A stretch of DNA of 63,914 bases, counting the filler, from Cystobasidiomycetes sp. EMM_F5 (taxonomy: Eukaryota): NCBI GenBank assembly GCA_051047955.1. It is 25 parts of 25 records of this genome, joined end to end, with 100 filler letters (N's around TTAATTAATTAA, not from the genome) between each part and the next. Parts side by side here need not be neighbours in the genome. Positions count along the whole stretch, not along the records: positions 58,422 to 63,914 come from JBPGPT010000088.1; 24 more parts are not named here. One strand, written 5' to 3'. Below the pieces are notes generated by a model, which did not search any database, was not told the DNA's origin, and was given only the letters and a program-made list of their open reading frames with translations. The position numbers were made by a program, and so were the translations under genes. Below are positions 63,083 through 63,914 of the stretch, in pieces. Positions within the stretch are counted from its first letter, which is position 1; each line of letters begins with the position of its first letter.

Positions 63083-63914
63083 GCTGTGTGGTGGCTCGAT
63101 TTTGAAAGAAGAGTGATGTTCAGCAGTCAACAGATTGCGGACGGCTATGCTCCCACTGGGGAAGGTCTTTTCACTTCGGAATTTCCTTCTGCCTGGTAGC
63201 CTCTCAGCCGCCGAGTCTGCCTGGCCGGACAATTTGAATCTCTTAACGCTCCGGATTTGCGCTTCCGCTCGCGGAATCAGTATAGATGTAAGCTCGGTTC
63301 GACTTCGTCGATGTCGCTAATTCGAGAGTCGGCCGCCTGGCACAACGTCGCGACGTCGTGCTGTAAATTGAAGCTGAAGTCGACAGCAGTACTAGTGGAA
63401 GCGATAATGCAAGAAATCCAAGAAGGCCAACTGGTGCTTGAGATTGCCGGGACGTCACTTTGCCTGTCAACGCCATAAGATGACCATTTCGAAATGTATA
63501 TTGACATATGGCCGATGGTGGTTCGCACTGGAGAGATTCACTTTGGGACAATGCGCGCAAGAAATCCGGTAGTGATATTACTATAGTACAACTAGCTGTA
63601 GGATTCAGTACTACACACGCGACTTGGGAAGACGATTCCGACGCCTTGATTTGCTGCATATATTCGTCAAGACAAGGTCTGTGAGTCCCCACAGGGTCAC
63701 CATCTCACTTCCGCACACATCAACTACCCCAAATAGCGTGGCACGCGGACGCCTCCACATAATCTCCCCCGCTCAGAGGGAGACAGACGTGTCAAACACG
63801 CTCTGACTAGGTAGTATTGCTAGCCGGCGTCCACAGTTCGGTCCCCGTCCTGCGAACAGTGCACGCGGATCCAAAGGGCTTCCCGTGCGCACCGGGCATC
63901 ACATGCTGACGCGG

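Noticed and set aside
63135..63914. ORFs 63243-63692 and neighbours
   Set aside because: No family similarity recognised; probably upstream region of the ThDP enzyme gene.

Overview
This is a fungal (basidiomycete-type, intron-rich) draft assembly, not one continuous locus. It contains 25 contigs joined by 24 artificial 100-bp spacers (44 N + TTAATTAATTAA + 44 N). Bases 1-27954 are 23 unrelated contigs of about 1.0-1.25 kb sorted by decreasing length. Four are AT-rich mitochondrial pieces (7 tRNAs, nad6 with a GTG start and TGA=Trp, long hairpins and tandem repeats). The others are LTR-retrotransposon fragments (Ty3/Gypsy pol, Ty1/Copia RT-RNase H, Copia gag+PBS, a probable LTR), a repeat-rich non-coding contig and partial nuclear genes: P450, FAD monooxygenase, sugar porter, class III aminotransferase, BVMO, CocE, Zn2Cys6 and C2H2 factors, ATG12, an AhpD/CMD pseudogene and an H3TH-motif ORF. 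A 30.3-kb contig (28055-58321) carries a small spliced gene, FGGY kinase, Kch1-like protein, five tandem divergent F-box-like paralogs, GNAT, a nucleotide-sugar transporter, phosducin-like protein, DUF1996 protein, Dug1-like dipeptidase, Dgk1-like kinase and a HAD hydrolase. It is bounded by ~170-bp inverted repeats that each look like an outward-facing TATA promoter. The last contig has a D-lactate dehydrogenase-like gene convergent with a ThDP-dependent enzyme. The most notable items are the inverted-repeat-bounded 30-kb segment, the F-box array with an uncharacterised C-terminal motif, and the intronless H3TH nuclease-like ORF. All calls come from manual motif recognition without database searches, and exon boundaries are approximate.
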